DNA of 64,000 bases, taken from assembly GCA_002707205.1 (NCBI GenBank), contig PAMH01000004.1, positions 12,776 through 76,775 on the forward strand. Direction: 5' to 3'. The position numbers and the translations under genes were made by a program. The notes below the pieces were generated by a model. That model did not search any database and was not told the DNA's origin. It saw only the letters and a program-made list of their open reading frames with translations. The DNA comes from Legionellales bacterium (GTDB lineage Bacteria > Pseudomonadota > Gammaproteobacteria > UBA1113). How positions within the stretch are numbered: position 1 is the first letter of the stretch; each line of letters opens with the position of its first letter. Of the stretch, positions 9,786 to 20,067 are shown piece after piece.

Positions 9786-12011
9786 CTAGCTTTGTTTTCT
9801 TTTAGCTGAGGTAACCATTGGAATTTTAATAAGTTTAGTTAATAATGTCTTAAATACGGCAAGATCGTGAATTTCCACGGTAACATCAATTTTTGCTGAA
9901 TTATCTAAACTGGTTGTATTGGAATTTAAAGCTAATAACTTAATTTTTTCGTTTGCAATTGCGGTTGTTATATCACGAATTAAGCCTTCTCGATCATAAG
10001 CGACAATTTCTACGTCTACAGGATAAACTGAGGTTGACTGTGCTTCCCAAGACATGGGTAGAAGACGTTCAGGGAATGGTGTATTGATAATATTTTTACA
10101 ATCAGTACGATGAATAGTTATACCTCGTCCTCGAGTGATAAATCCTGATATTTTGTCACCAGGTAAGGGTTTACAGCATTTTGCCGTCATTGTCATTAAA
10201 TGACTAATATTACCGAGTTTAACGGCATGACTTGAGTCAACAACAGATTCTTTTGCAAGTGTTGGTTGCTCATCTATAGTCTCAGGTGCATCTTGTTGAA
10301 GAAGATATTTAATTGTATTTGTTAGCTGTGTAGATTTTAATTCACCGTGACTAATTGCTGCAAACATATCATCAACTGTTTTGTAGTTTAATTGCTTGGC
10401 AATTTTAGCTTGCTCAATAACAGGTAATTTATTTTGTTTAATTTCTTTTTCAAATAATTGGCGACCATCAGCTACGTGTTTACTATAATCTAATTTTTTA
10501 AACCAATGAAATACTTTAGATCGTGCTTTACTGGTTGTAATATAACCGCTATGTTTATTTAGCCAGTCACGACTTGGACTAGGTTCTTTACTGGTTAAAA
10601 TATCTAACTTATCACCTGTTTGCAGTTGGTAGGTTAAGGGGACAATTTTATCATTAACTTTTGCACCTTTGCAGCGATGTCCAAGTTGGGTATGGATAGT
10701 ATAAGCAAAATCTAAAGGCGTTGCATTTTTTGGCAAGTCAATCACGTCACCAGCAGGTGTGAAAATATACACTCTATCTGAAAATAAGTTTTTGATATCA
10801 GCTTGAACTTCACTTTTGCCAGATAAATCATTTTGCCATTCAATTAGCTGTCTGAGCCATGCAATTTTTTCTTCATAATTATTTTCAGTTTGCGCACCTT
10901 CTTTATATTTCCAGTGCGCAGCCACACCCAGCTCAGATTCTTGATGCATCGTTAATGTTCGAATTTGTACTTCCACATTTTTTTCTTCTGGCCCAATAAT
11001 TGCGGTATGAATTGAGCGGTAACCATTGGGCTTGGGGTGTGCGACATAGTCGTCAAATTCTTCTGGAATATGTATATACGTTGCATGGATACAACTTAGC
11101 ACAGCATAGCAATCTTCAATATTTTTAGTTAGCACACGAACCGCCGTTGCATCATAAATTTGTGCATATGTGACAGCTTTGCGCTTCATTTTTTTATGTA
11201 TACTATAAATGTGTTTTGCTCTACCCGTCAATTCAAAGTTTGTTATATTATTGTTTGTTAATAATGTTGATAAATGTTGAGTGACTTTTTCAACATATTG
11301 TTCACGGTCAATACGTTTTGAGTCTAATGATTTTGCAATATTTTTATAAGTTTCTGGTTCTTGATATCTAAATGCAAGATCTTCTAATTCCCACTTTAAA
11401 TGACCAATGCCTAGACGGTTAGCGAGAGGGGCATATATGTCAAAAGTCAATTTGGCAAGTTTCTCTCGTTGACTTTGTTCAAGTTGCTTTGCATTACGCA
11501 TTAAAAAGGTTTGTTCAGCAAGTTTGATGAATACAATTCGAATATCTTCAACCATCGCTAATAACATTTTGCGTAAATTATCAACATCTGGCAGATGATG
11601 ATGTGACAACGAAATTGCTGACATACGCATTGCACCAATAATAAGCTTACAAGTCGTTGTATCAAAGGTCTCAATAATGTCCTCTTGATTGAGCTCATTA
11701 GCTTCAACAAAATACATGAGAAAAGTTGCCGCCATGGTGGTCGCATCTAAATTTAATTCAGAGAGGATTTCAGCAATATTTAAACTTTGAGTAAAAAAAC
11801 TAAAGCCAGATTTAAGTTGATGCTCATGTTGTAGATGTTCGGCAAAATCAAAGGCTTTTTGTAGTTTAGCAAATTCTTTCGCTGTAAAGCGCTGTTTCAT
11901 ATTAGCAAGCCATATACTCGCTTTGATTTCGCCCTGTGCTGTTTGATATTCAGTTTTTTTTCTGCTGACCATTAGTTTATCTTTTTGTAAAAAGCGCAAT
12001 TGTTTCAACAT
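9786..12011 (-). CDS. relA: GTP pyrophosphokinase RelA ((p)ppGpp synthetase I, hydrolase-dead)
   Basis: 741 aa. N-terminal pseudo-HD domain lacks the HD dyad, and the segment DNLRKMLLAMVEDIRIVFIKLAE matches E. coli RelA DNVRRMLLAMVDDFRCVVIKLAE. Synthetase motif GYRSIHTAIIGPEEKNVEVQIRT. TGS and ACT regions. rlmD immediately upstream, as in E. coli. Confidence 0.85.
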   Translation of the reverse strand: MLKQLRFLQKDKLMVSRKKTEYQTAQGEIKASIWLANMKQRFTAKEFAKLQKAFDFAEHLQHEHQLKSGFSFFTQSLNIAEILSELNLDATTMAATFLMYFVEANELNQEDIIETFDTTTCKLIIGAMRMSAISLSHHHLPDVDNLRKMLLAMVEDIRIVFIKLAEQTFLMRNAKQLEQSQREKLAKLTFDIYAPLANRLGIGHLKWELEDLAFRYQEPETYKNIAKSLDSKRIDREQYVEKVTQHLSTLLTNNNITNFELTGRAKHIYSIHKKMKRKAVTYAQIYDATAVRVLTKNIEDCYAVLSCIHATYIHIPEEFDDYVAHPKPNGYRSIHTAIIGPEEKNVEVQIRTLTMHQESELGVAAHWKYKEGAQTENNYEEKIAWLRQLIEWQNDLSGKSEVQADIKNLFSDRVYIFTPAGDVIDLPKNATPLDFAYTIHTQLGHRCKGAKVNDKIVPLTYQLQTGDKLDILTSKEPSPSRDWLNKHSGYITTSKARSKVFHWFKKLDYSKHVADGRQLFEKEIKQNKLPVIEQAKIAKQLNYKTVDDMFAAISHGELKSTQLTNTIKYLLQQDAPETIDEQPTLAKESVVDSSHAVKLGNISHLMTMTAKCCKPLPGDKISGFITRGRGITIHRTDCKNIINTPFPERLLPMSWEAQSTSVYPVDVEIVAYDREGLIRDITTAIANEKIKLLALNSNTTSLDNSAKIDVTVEIHDLAVFKTLLTKLIKIPMVTSAKRKQS

Positions 12012-13287
12012 GCGCTGTTTGTGGAAACATATTAATAATACCTAACTTTGTCAAAGTATAGCCATTTTTTAAAAGCTCATGTGTATCTCTTGCTAATGTT
12101 GCAGGGTTACATGAGATATAAACAATATCTGAAGCAGAAAAAACATTGATATTTTTGCAGATTTCTTCAGCGCCTGCTCGTGGAGGATCTAATAAAATTT
12201 TATGATATTTTTGTTTGGCCCATGAATGTTTTGTACAATCTTCAAATAAATTAGCAGCATAAAATTTTGCATTATTTCTTTGGTTGTAAGCTGCATTTTC
12301 CTCTGCTTTTTTAACCATCTGTATATCGCCTTCAACACCTATAACTTGGCCAGCATGTTGGCTGATAGGTAACGTAAAGTTGCCTAATCCACAAAAAAGG
12401 TCAAGAATTACGTCATCTTTTTGTGGTGATAATAAATATAGGGCTTGATCAATCATCGCTAAATTAACAGGATAATTTACTTGTGTAAAATCACTAGGAT
12501 GAAAATTAATACAAAGATTAGCGTTAGGAATTTTATATTGTAATTCTGGTGTTGATTGTTCTGGGTAGATTTGATGAATAGATTCATAATTACCTGGTTG
12601 TAAGCAGATCATAAATTCATGTTGTTCGCCAAAAATTTTTAACAATTTAATGTCATCATCAGAAAACGGCTCTAGATGTCTAAAAATTAATGTACAGGTA
12701 TTATCAGAAGCCGCAACTTCAATCTGTGGTATTTTTTCTTTTTGTGACAATTGTTCAATAAGAGAGGCTATTTCAGATAAGTGGTTACCAACAGCCGGGA
12801 TTAAAATGGGACAACATTCTATATCAGCAATATAACGCCCATTAAGTTCTCTGAACCCTACTAGAACACGTTCTTTTTTGTGTACATATCGAACACCAAG
12901 CCGAGCTTTTGTTCTATAAGAATAGGTATCGAGAGAGATTGGCGGTAAAACTTCAATAGGTTGTGTTTTACCAATGTGCTGTATGAGTTCTAATACGGCG
13001 TTTTGTTTATAGTGTAATTGATAATCTGGAGACATATGTTGAATCTGACAGCCGCCACACTGTGTAAAATGTTTACATTTTGGTGTGACTCTGTGTTTTG
13101 AAATATTAATAATTTCATTTGCGATGACTTCATTAAATTTTTTATGTTTTTTTAAAAAACTGAACTTAACTGTTTCGCCAGGTAAAGCATTAGCTACAAA
13201 GTATGTTTTCCCGTCAATATGGCCGATACCACGTCCTTCATGGCTAAGTTGCGTAATTTCAATGGTTTGATTATTTTCTTTCTTCAT
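11977..13287 (-). CDS. rlmD: 23S rRNA (uracil1939-C5)-methyltransferase RlmD (RumA)
   Basis: 436 aa. N-terminal TRAM domain. 4-Cys Fe-S cluster (CKHFTQCGGCQIQH...C). SAM motif DLFCGLGNFTLP. Catalytic Cys near the C-terminus. Conserved rlmD-relA synteny. Confidence 0.85.
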   Translation of the reverse strand: MKKENNQTIEITQLSHEGRGIGHIDGKTYFVANALPGETVKFSFLKKHKKFNEVIANEIINISKHRVTPKCKHFTQCGGCQIQHMSPDYQLHYKQNAVLELIQHIGKTQPIEVLPPISLDTYSYRTKARLGVRYVHKKERVLVGFRELNGRYIADIECCPILIPAVGNHLSEIASLIEQLSQKEKIPQIEVAASDNTCTLIFRHLEPFSDDDIKLLKIFGEQHEFMICLQPGNYESIHQIYPEQSTPELQYKIPNANLCINFHPSDFTQVNYPVNLAMIDQALYLLSPQKDDVILDLFCGLGNFTLPISQHAGQVIGVEGDIQMVKKAEENAAYNQRNNAKFYAANLFEDCTKHSWAKQKYHKILLDPPRAGAEEICKNINVFSASDIVYISCNPATLARDTHELLKNGYTLTKLGIINMFPQTAHVETIALFTKR

Positions 13288-14062
13288 TTTCTTCCCACTG
13301 CTTTAAAAATTCATTCAGGTGAGGTTGTGCTAGATTTTTAAGCATGTCTTTTACAGCATCACAGCTTTGATTATATTCATTTAGGTTTAAATTACCACGA
13401 AATAATTCAAAGCGTAAATAAACAAGATAAGTATTTAAAACATCGGTTTCACAGTAATCTCTAATAGATTTGATATTGCCTGCCGCATAATTTTCCCATA
13501 CTTTGGCTCCACTCATGCCCATTTTTCCAGGAAAATCTAATAAACTTGCAATTTTATCTAGAGGTGCATTAGCTTTAGGTTGATAAGCTGCAAGTATGTC
13601 CATAATATCCGTGTGTCTATCATGGTAACGGCTGGTATAATTATTCCATTTAAAGGCATTATTGTTATCGCCTTTTTCCCAATATAGCGGTGCTGATATT
13701 TTATTAATTAATCCACGATAATGAAGTACAGGTAGGTCAAAGCCTGTACCATTCCAACTGACTAATCTTGGCTGAAAACGATTTAAACCCTCAAAAAATC
13801 GTGAAATCAATTCAGCTTCAGTTGAATCTTCATCACCAAGCGACCATACTGTTATTTTGTCAGATGTTTTTAGTACGGCAGATATTGCAACAACTTTTTG
13901 TAAGTAATGTTGAAGAAACTCGTGCCCAGCTTCTTGACGACGTTGGTTAAACATTGCTTCTGCAATTTCATTATCGGATAAGTTGGTTTGCACAAATGGA
14001 AGTAATTTTCTTCCTGCATCAACATCAGGAATAGTTTCAATATCAAATACAAAAATATTCAT
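13271..14062 (-). CDS. DEDDy-type 3'-5' exonuclease (PolB exonuclease-domain-like, COG3298-type)
   Basis: 263 aa. Exo I FDIET, Exo II SWNGTGFDLPVL, Exo III YCETDV (YxxxD) motifs. Confidence 0.6.
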   Translation of the reverse strand: MNIFVFDIETIPDVDAGRKLLPFVQTNLSDNEIAEAMFNQRRQEAGHEFLQHYLQKVVAISAVLKTSDKITVWSLGDEDSTEAELISRFFEGLNRFQPRLVSWNGTGFDLPVLHYRGLINKISAPLYWEKGDNNNAFKWNNYTSRYHDRHTDIMDILAAYQPKANAPLDKIASLLDFPGKMGMSGAKVWENYAAGNIKSIRDYCETDVLNTYLVYLRFELFRGNLNLNEYNQSCDAVKDMLKNLAQPHLNEFLKQWEENEERK

Positions 14063-14209
14063 CAGTATTTGTTTCTCGTATTTTTCAATGCAATGATTAT
14101 AACAAATTTAAGTTATCATAGGGAAAATACTTTGTGATAAATTTTATAATTTGAGTATAGGGGAAAAATATGAAAAAATATAGGGTGTTTATAAAAGGAT
14201 ATTAAATGA

Positions 14210-15385
14210 ATGTTTAAGGATGTAGATAAAAAAAAACTGCGTAAGCGCAGGTTATTAAAAAATAGTTTTTGGTTCGTTATTCTTACTATAATGGCCTGTG
14301 TCGCTTATTATCTTTTTATACCATTTATTCAGCAAGTTAAACAAGCTGAAACTGATAATAAAGATTCTAAAACATTAACAAATATTTCACAGTCAGCACA
14401 TACTTATTTTGCTCAGAATACACAAGCTTGGTTTAAACCAGGAAAAATGGCAAATGCATATCATTTAGTAAATGATATCAGCAAAGTTCCAGCACAAGGT
14501 GGCTGGTTTAATACGGCGCCTCTGGATATTAATTATCTGTTGACTCAAGGACATTTTGTTTTACTTTATTTTTGGTCATCTTCCAATCTTGAAAGTATTC
14601 GCGCTAATCAATACATTGAATGGTTATGGAAAACCTTTAAAGACAGCGGACTAATTATTATTGGTGTACACACCCCTAGTTTTTCAGCTGACCGTGATCC
14701 AAAAGAAGTACAAGCACTAATAAAAAAACAACACTTAACTTTTCCAATTTTATTGGATGGAGATAAAAAAATTTGGAATAAGTTACATGTTTACAGTGCG
14801 CCAACACAATATTTATTAAATGCTAAAGGAAAAGTTGTTTATTCTTATGTTGGTGAGGGAAACTATCAACAAGAAACGACAATTATTCGCGATAGCTTAC
14901 TACAGGCGGGATGGTTACAAGCACCTCAGAAATCACAGCCAAAGTTTTCGGTTAACAGTCGATTAACAACAACTCAAACATTATACACTGGATATGATTA
15001 TAAACGTCGTTTATTTGGTAATAAACAACAAGGTATTCGTAATAAACCAGTTGAATTTATTATTGAGGGAGGGATTGAACCAGATAGAATATATTTAAAT
15101 GGTAATTGGACAGTTAAATCATCCTATATTCAAAGTAATTCATCCGGTGAAATGATTATTAATTTTTTAGGCACACAAGTATATGCTTACTTAGAAGCAA
15201 TGAGTAAGCAAAGATTGCCGCTACAAATAAGTATCGATGGGCAAAAGCTATCAAAGCTAAAGATTACCGATATTGGCAAGTTATATCCATTGACGGCTAA
15301 GCCCTTAATTTATGCGCGGCATGAATTGATCCTTCAAGTTTCAAAAGGCGTGCGAATTTATTCTGTGAATTTTCCAAGCAAATAA
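14210..15385 (+). CDS. Membrane-anchored thioredoxin-fold (TlpA/ResA-like redoxin) protein lacking the CXXC active site, plus a C-terminal beta-rich domain
   Basis: 391 aa. N-terminal TM helix. Segment VLLYFWSSSNLES...IIGVHTP...LTFPILLDGD aligns to the redoxin motif FWASWCGPC...GV..D...FPVL, but with Cys->N/S at both positions. Confidence 0.55.
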   Translation: MFKDVDKKKLRKRRLLKNSFWFVILTIMACVAYYLFIPFIQQVKQAETDNKDSKTLTNISQSAHTYFAQNTQAWFKPGKMANAYHLVNDISKVPAQGGWFNTAPLDINYLLTQGHFVLLYFWSSSNLESIRANQYIEWLWKTFKDSGLIIIGVHTPSFSADRDPKEVQALIKKQHLTFPILLDGDKKIWNKLHVYSAPTQYLLNAKGKVVYSYVGEGNYQQETTIIRDSLLQAGWLQAPQKSQPKFSVNSRLTTTQTLYTGYDYKRRLFGNKQQGIRNKPVEFIIEGGIEPDRIYLNGNWTVKSSYIQSNSSGEMIINFLGTQVYAYLEAMSKQRLPLQISIDGQKLSKLKITDIGKLYPLTAKPLIYARHELILQVSKGVRIYSVNFPSK

Positions 15386-15435
15386 TATAGTTATATTTTA
15401 TAACCATTAAAAATTAATAAGCATGAGGAATTTAG

Positions 15436-16893
15436 ATGCAACCTGTGGATAGAATACAAGTACTATTAAGGTTAATTGATGCTGGTGCATTTTCTCAAGC
15501 CTATAAGATACTCAAGCAGCTGCACTCAATCCACATCAATGACAAAAATACTATTTATCAAATTGCTAAATGTCTGCTTGCATTAAACAAAAGTTAGGAT
15601 TTGAAACAATTAATTAAAATTTTAAAAAAAATAGCTCCAAATGATCCTAATATTTATGTAATACCAGCAATTGAAGCAATGAATCATCAGGCTTATAGGT
15701 TAGCTGTAGGCTATCTTCGTCAAGCAAAAAAATTAGCACCACAAGATCCAAGTATTGATGTTAATATGGGCTTAGTTTTAAAACGCTGTTGCAAATATCG
15801 TTGGTCTAAACATTTTTATCAGCAAGCAATTAACAAAGCACCTGAAAGATTAGATGCATATATTGGCTTGGGAATGAACGCCAAAATTTTAGGCGAATAT
15901 GCATTGAGTGAAGGCGCATATAAAAAAGTATTGAACTTAAAATCTAATTATGTTTCTGGCCATATTAACTTAGGGATTTGTTATTTGGAACAAGAGAAGT
16001 ATCAGCAAGGATGGATTGAATATGAATGGCGATTAAAGTTAAATGCATTAAAAGAGATAGAAAAACATTATGAAAAGCCACGTTGGCAAGGCGAATCCTT
16101 ACAAAATAAATGTTTAATTATTTATGCAGAGCAAGGTTTTGGTGATGCCATACAATTCATTAGATTTGTAAAGAAAATACAAAAAATGGGTGGTAAAGTA
16201 ATTGTAGAGTGTCAATCAACTTTATGTTCTTTATTACAAACAATGAAAGGCGTAGATGATACTTTTCCACGCTTTAAATCGCTGCCACAATATGATTATT
16301 ACTTGCCATTACTTTCATTACCTTATTTGTTGAATTTAGAAAAGACAGATTTACATGTTGAAACGCCATACTTACAATTAAGTACTAAAGCAAGAAAGCA
16401 ATGGGCAGATATTTTCTCTGTATATAGTAATAATTATAAAATTGGAATTTGTTGGGCAGGGAATCCACAACATAAATATGATCAATATCGTTCTATTTCA
16501 CCATTATTATTTAAAACATTATCAAAAGTAAATAATAAAATTAAATTATTTAGTTTACAAAAAGGATTAGCGCAAAAAGACTGCAATGTATTTGAGTTTA
16601 TTGCTGTTGGTGATAAATTTGAGACTTTTATGGATACAGCGGCATGTATGGCGCAATTAGATCTTATTATTAGCATAGATAGTTCAGTTTTGCATTTAAG
16701 TGCTGCTTTAGATAAACCAACTTGGGGATTAATTGCTTATTTACATGATTGGCGTTGGGGTAAGCATGATAGAAATACAACCATTTGGTATCCTTCGATG
16801 CGTTTATATCGCCAAAAGCAATACCAAAAATGGGAAGATGTTTTTAACATGATTAAATTGGATTTGGCTGGAATGATTTTAGATGGTCAGTAA
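15436..16893 (+). pseudogene. TPR-repeat + glycosyltransferase family 9 (heptosyltransferase-like) protein interrupted by an in-frame TAG at 15595-15597. The ORF track reports the downstream part only (15601-16893, TTG start).
   Basis: ATG at 15436 with GAGGAA RBS. The 53 codons before the TAG read as a TPR helix continuous with the downstream TPR repeats, in the same frame. C-terminal GT9 signature (GFGDAIQF...IGICWAGNP...DSSVLHLSAAL). Confidence 0.5.
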
Positions 16894-16957
16894 AAACGTG
16901 TTTAAGGAACAGGGCATCGCATTTTTTTAGGGGTGAGTTTTAAGTTAATTATCGCTT

Positions 16958-16990
16958 AGATATAAAAAAGCCTTGTATAACAAGGCTTTT
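16958..16990 (+). terminator. Rho-independent terminator downstream of the TPR-GT9 gene
   Basis: aaaaaagccttgtataacaaggcttttttaa: 8-bp GC-containing stem, 4-nt loop, U-tract. A-tract on the other side makes it bidirectional. Confidence 0.7.
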
Positions 16991-17204
16991 TTAAGAGTGC
17001 TTCGTGGCATATTCTTTCTGAACCCACTCTAATAAGGTGGATTCGAATCGTAACACTTAAGGCTTCCTATTCAAGATAGGCTTGCACACCGCGCTAGCAA
17101 ATTCTTAAGATCCCTTCTGAAATCATCGGCTCAGAAGTACTATGCCAAAAGCGATAACACTCATTTATAATTATAGTAGAAAATAAAAAGAGTGCAAGCA
17201 TATT

Positions 17205-17954
17205 TTATAATTTTTCAAATTTCGAGAGCAATGACATGAGTTCTCCTGGTACAGGAAAAACAATAATTTTAGCATTAGTCTCGCCTATTGCTGATAGTGT
17301 TTGTAAATAGCGTAATTGCAAAGACTCCGGTTTTTTGGCGAGTACTTGAGCCGCTTCTTGTAATTTATGGGAAGCTTGTAATTCGCCTTCTGCTAAGATA
17401 ATTTTAGCTCTACGTTCACGCTCAGCTTCTGCTTGTCTTGCTATTGCGCGAATCATGCTTTCATCAATATCAACATGTTTAATTTCCACATTGGCAACTT
17501 TGATACCCCATGCATTTGTTTGTTCGTCAAGAATGGCTTGGATGTCAGAATTAAGCTTTTCCCTTTCTGCGAGCATTTCGTCAAGCTCATGTTGCCCTAA
17601 TACTGATCGCAGCGTTGTTTGTGCTAACTGGCTAATCGCTTCATAGTAATTTTCAACTTGAATAATAGCTTTATCAGGCTCAACAACACGAAAGTAAACT
17701 ACAGCATTGACTTTTACTGAGACGTTATCTAGAGAAATTACATCTTGACTTGGAACATCCATAACAATTGTACGAAGATCTACTTTTACCATTTGTTGAA
17801 TAAAAGGAATAAGGATAATAAGTCCTGGCCCTTTAACCTTCCAAAACCTTCCCAGCATGAAAACAACACCTCGCTCATATTCACGTAGTATTTTTATCAT
17901 GGCAAATAGTAGAATAAGAAGAAAAATAAAACTGCCAAGCACAATATTGTTCAT
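17205..17954 (-). CDS. SPFH/band-7 (stomatin/QmcA-like) membrane protein
   Basis: 249 aa. N-terminal TM helix. SPFH core. C-terminal coiled-coil with [17 protein letters not shown], typical of bacterial stomatin-like proteins. Confidence 0.8.
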   Translation of the reverse strand: MNNIVLGSFIFLLILLFAMIKILREYERGVVFMLGRFWKVKGPGLIILIPFIQQMVKVDLRTIVMDVPSQDVISLDNVSVKVNAVVYFRVVEPDKAIIQVENYYEAISQLAQTTLRSVLGQHELDEMLAEREKLNSDIQAILDEQTNAWGIKVANVEIKHVDIDESMIRAIARQAEAERERRAKIILAEGELQASHKLQEAAQVLAKKPESLQLRYLQTLSAIGETNAKIIVFPVPGELMSLLSKFEKL

Positions 17955-18048
17955 TATTTATACTCCAAGTGGGTTATCTAAATCATTGTAAGTTTAGCAC
18001 TGGCTTGGTAAATCAGGTATAATTTATTTATTATCGGTTTGGAGAAAA

Positions 18049-18723
18049 ATGATGAAATTAATGTTATTGGGTTGTCCGGGAGCGGGAAAGGGCACACAAG
18101 CGCAATATATAATTGATGCTTTTAATATTCCCCAAATATCAACAGGCGAAATGTTAAGAAATGCGATTCAAAATAAAACGGCGCTTGGAGAAAAAGTTAA
18201 ATTAATTATGGATAAAGGAGAGCTTGTTCCTGATGATATTATTATTGACTTGGTAAAAGCTAGAATTTCTGAACCTGATTGTCTCAATGGCTTTATTCTT
18301 GATGGATTTCCACGAACACTTAAGCAAGCTAACGCACTGGAGCAGCAGGGTATCAATTTAGACTTGGTCATTGAGATTGCTGTTCCTGATCAAGTTATCA
18401 TTGAGCGTATGAGTGGTCGATTAATTCATCCAGCATCCGGGCGAGTGTTTCATAAAGTTTATAATCCACCTAAAGAAGCCAATACTGATGACATCACAGG
18501 TGAACCTTTAATTCAGAGAAGTGATGACAACGAAGAAACAGTAAGACAAAGATTAAGTATTTATCATGAACAAACAGAACCGCTAGTAACTTTTTATCAG
18601 CATAAGTCAACGTCAGATATCAATTCGATATTTAAAAAAATCGATGGTACTCAAACTGTCGCAGAGATTCAAAAGCAAATCCATGATTTAATTTTGTATA
18701 TAAAAAAGGAGAAAATAGCGTGA
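18049..18723 (+). CDS. adk: Adenylate kinase
   Basis: 224 aa. GCPGAGKGTQ P-loop. LID and NMP-binding regions. Confidence 0.9.
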   Translation: MMKLMLLGCPGAGKGTQAQYIIDAFNIPQISTGEMLRNAIQNKTALGEKVKLIMDKGELVPDDIIIDLVKARISEPDCLNGFILDGFPRTLKQANALEQQGINLDLVIEIAVPDQVIIERMSGRLIHPASGRVFHKVYNPPKEANTDDITGEPLIQRSDDNEETVRQRLSIYHEQTEPLVTFYQHKSTSDINSIFKKIDGTQTVAEIQKQIHDLILYIKKEKIA

Positions 18724-19076
18724 GTATCATAAAACTCAATGAAGAAAACATCTCTGATATTCTTGAAGCAAAGGGCATCACACTTATTAAATTTACTGCA
18801 AGTTGGTGTGGACCATGTCAAAATTTTGCACCAATATTTCAGCAAGTAGCTGAGAAATATTCAACAATAACGTTTGCTGAAGTTGACACGGAAGCTCAGC
18901 CGGCGCTGGCGGCTGAATTTGCTGTACGCTCAGTACCATATTTGATGATTTTAAAAGATAAAGTTGTTATTTATTCTGACTCAGGCACTTTACCAGCTTC
19001 AGCATTAGAAGATTTAATAGAACAAGCAAAAGCCGTTGATTTGTCAAAAATAACACCACATGATAACAATGACTAA
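18720..19076 (+). CDS. Thioredoxin-family protein
   Basis: 118 aa with WCGPC active site. Overlaps adk stop by 4 nt. Confidence 0.8.
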   Translation: MSIIKLNEENISDILEAKGITLIKFTASWCGPCQNFAPIFQQVAEKYSTITFAEVDTEAQPALAAEFAVRSVPYLMILKDKVVIYSDSGTLPASALEDLIEQAKAVDLSKITPHDNND

Positions 19077-20064
19077 TTCAGATGATATAAATAATAAAAT
19101 TGGTGTATTGTTGGTAAATCTTGGTACGCCTGAACAACCCACTGCAAAAGCCGTAAGAAAATTCTTACGGCAGTTTTTGTCTGATACTAGAGTTATTGAT
19201 TTACCAAAAGTACCATGGCAGATTTTGCTAAATGCTGTTATTCTTCCCTTGCGATGTAAGCGAGTCGCGAAAAGCTACCAAAAAGTATGGATGAAAAAAG
19301 GTTCTCCATTATTGCTTTATTCTCAAGCAATAGTTGATGCTTTACGCCAAGGTATGGATGAAAGTAAATATTGTTTTGCTTTAGGGATGACATATGGAAG
19401 TCCAAATCTTACCGATGCATTATTAAGTTTGCGTGCCCAAGGCGCTAAAAAACTTTTAGTTATACCTTTGTACCCGCAATATTCATCAACAACTAGCGCA
19501 AGTGTTTTTGATCGTGTAACCAACGCATTGCAACGATGCCCACATCTACCAGATTTTAATTTTATTAGTAATTATGCAATACATAGGCACTATATAAATG
19601 CATTAGCACAGTCTATTAAACCATTAATTGTTGATAAACAAACTGACGCACATATTTTGTTTTCTTTTCATGGGTTACCTATAAGATACTGTGAAAATGG
19701 AGATCCCTATGCCAAACAGTGTCATGAAACTGTTGATGCTTTGGTCAAATATCTTAACTTGAAAGATGGGAGTTATACACTCTGTTATCAATCACAATTT
19801 GGTAAAGCAAAATGGTTAGCACCAAGTACAGAATCCACCATTATTTCATTAGCAAAGAGAGGATGTAAATCAGTTATTATTTTATGTCCGGGATTTGCCG
19901 CTGATTGTTTAGAAACTCTAGAAGAAGTTGCAATAGGATTGAAAGCGACTTTTTTAAAACATGGAGGTGAAGCATTTACCTATATTCCCGCATTAAATGA
20001 TTCGGTTTTGCATATTGAGTTATTCAAATCTTTAGTGGTAACTCATTCTCAAGCATGGTTTTGA
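19060..20064 (+). CDS. hemH: Ferrochelatase
   Basis: 334 aa. LLVNLGTP, QYSSTT and SFHGLP ferrochelatase motifs. adk-hemH linkage as in enterics. Confidence 0.9.
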   Translation: MITMTNSDDINNKIGVLLVNLGTPEQPTAKAVRKFLRQFLSDTRVIDLPKVPWQILLNAVILPLRCKRVAKSYQKVWMKKGSPLLLYSQAIVDALRQGMDESKYCFALGMTYGSPNLTDALLSLRAQGAKKLLVIPLYPQYSSTTSASVFDRVTNALQRCPHLPDFNFISNYAIHRHYINALAQSIKPLIVDKQTDAHILFSFHGLPIRYCENGDPYAKQCHETVDALVKYLNLKDGSYTLCYQSQFGKAKWLAPSTESTIISLAKRGCKSVIILCPGFAADCLETLEEVAIGLKATFLKHGGEAFTYIPALNDSVLHIELFKSLVVTHSQAWF

Positions 20065-20067
20065 TAT

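Noticed and set aside
17030-17060. tRNA-like T-loop motif GGATTCGAATC
   Set aside because: Flanking 5-nt arms do not pair on either strand (gtgga/cgtaa). No acceptor stem or anticodon arm can be built. Treated only as part of an unassigned region.
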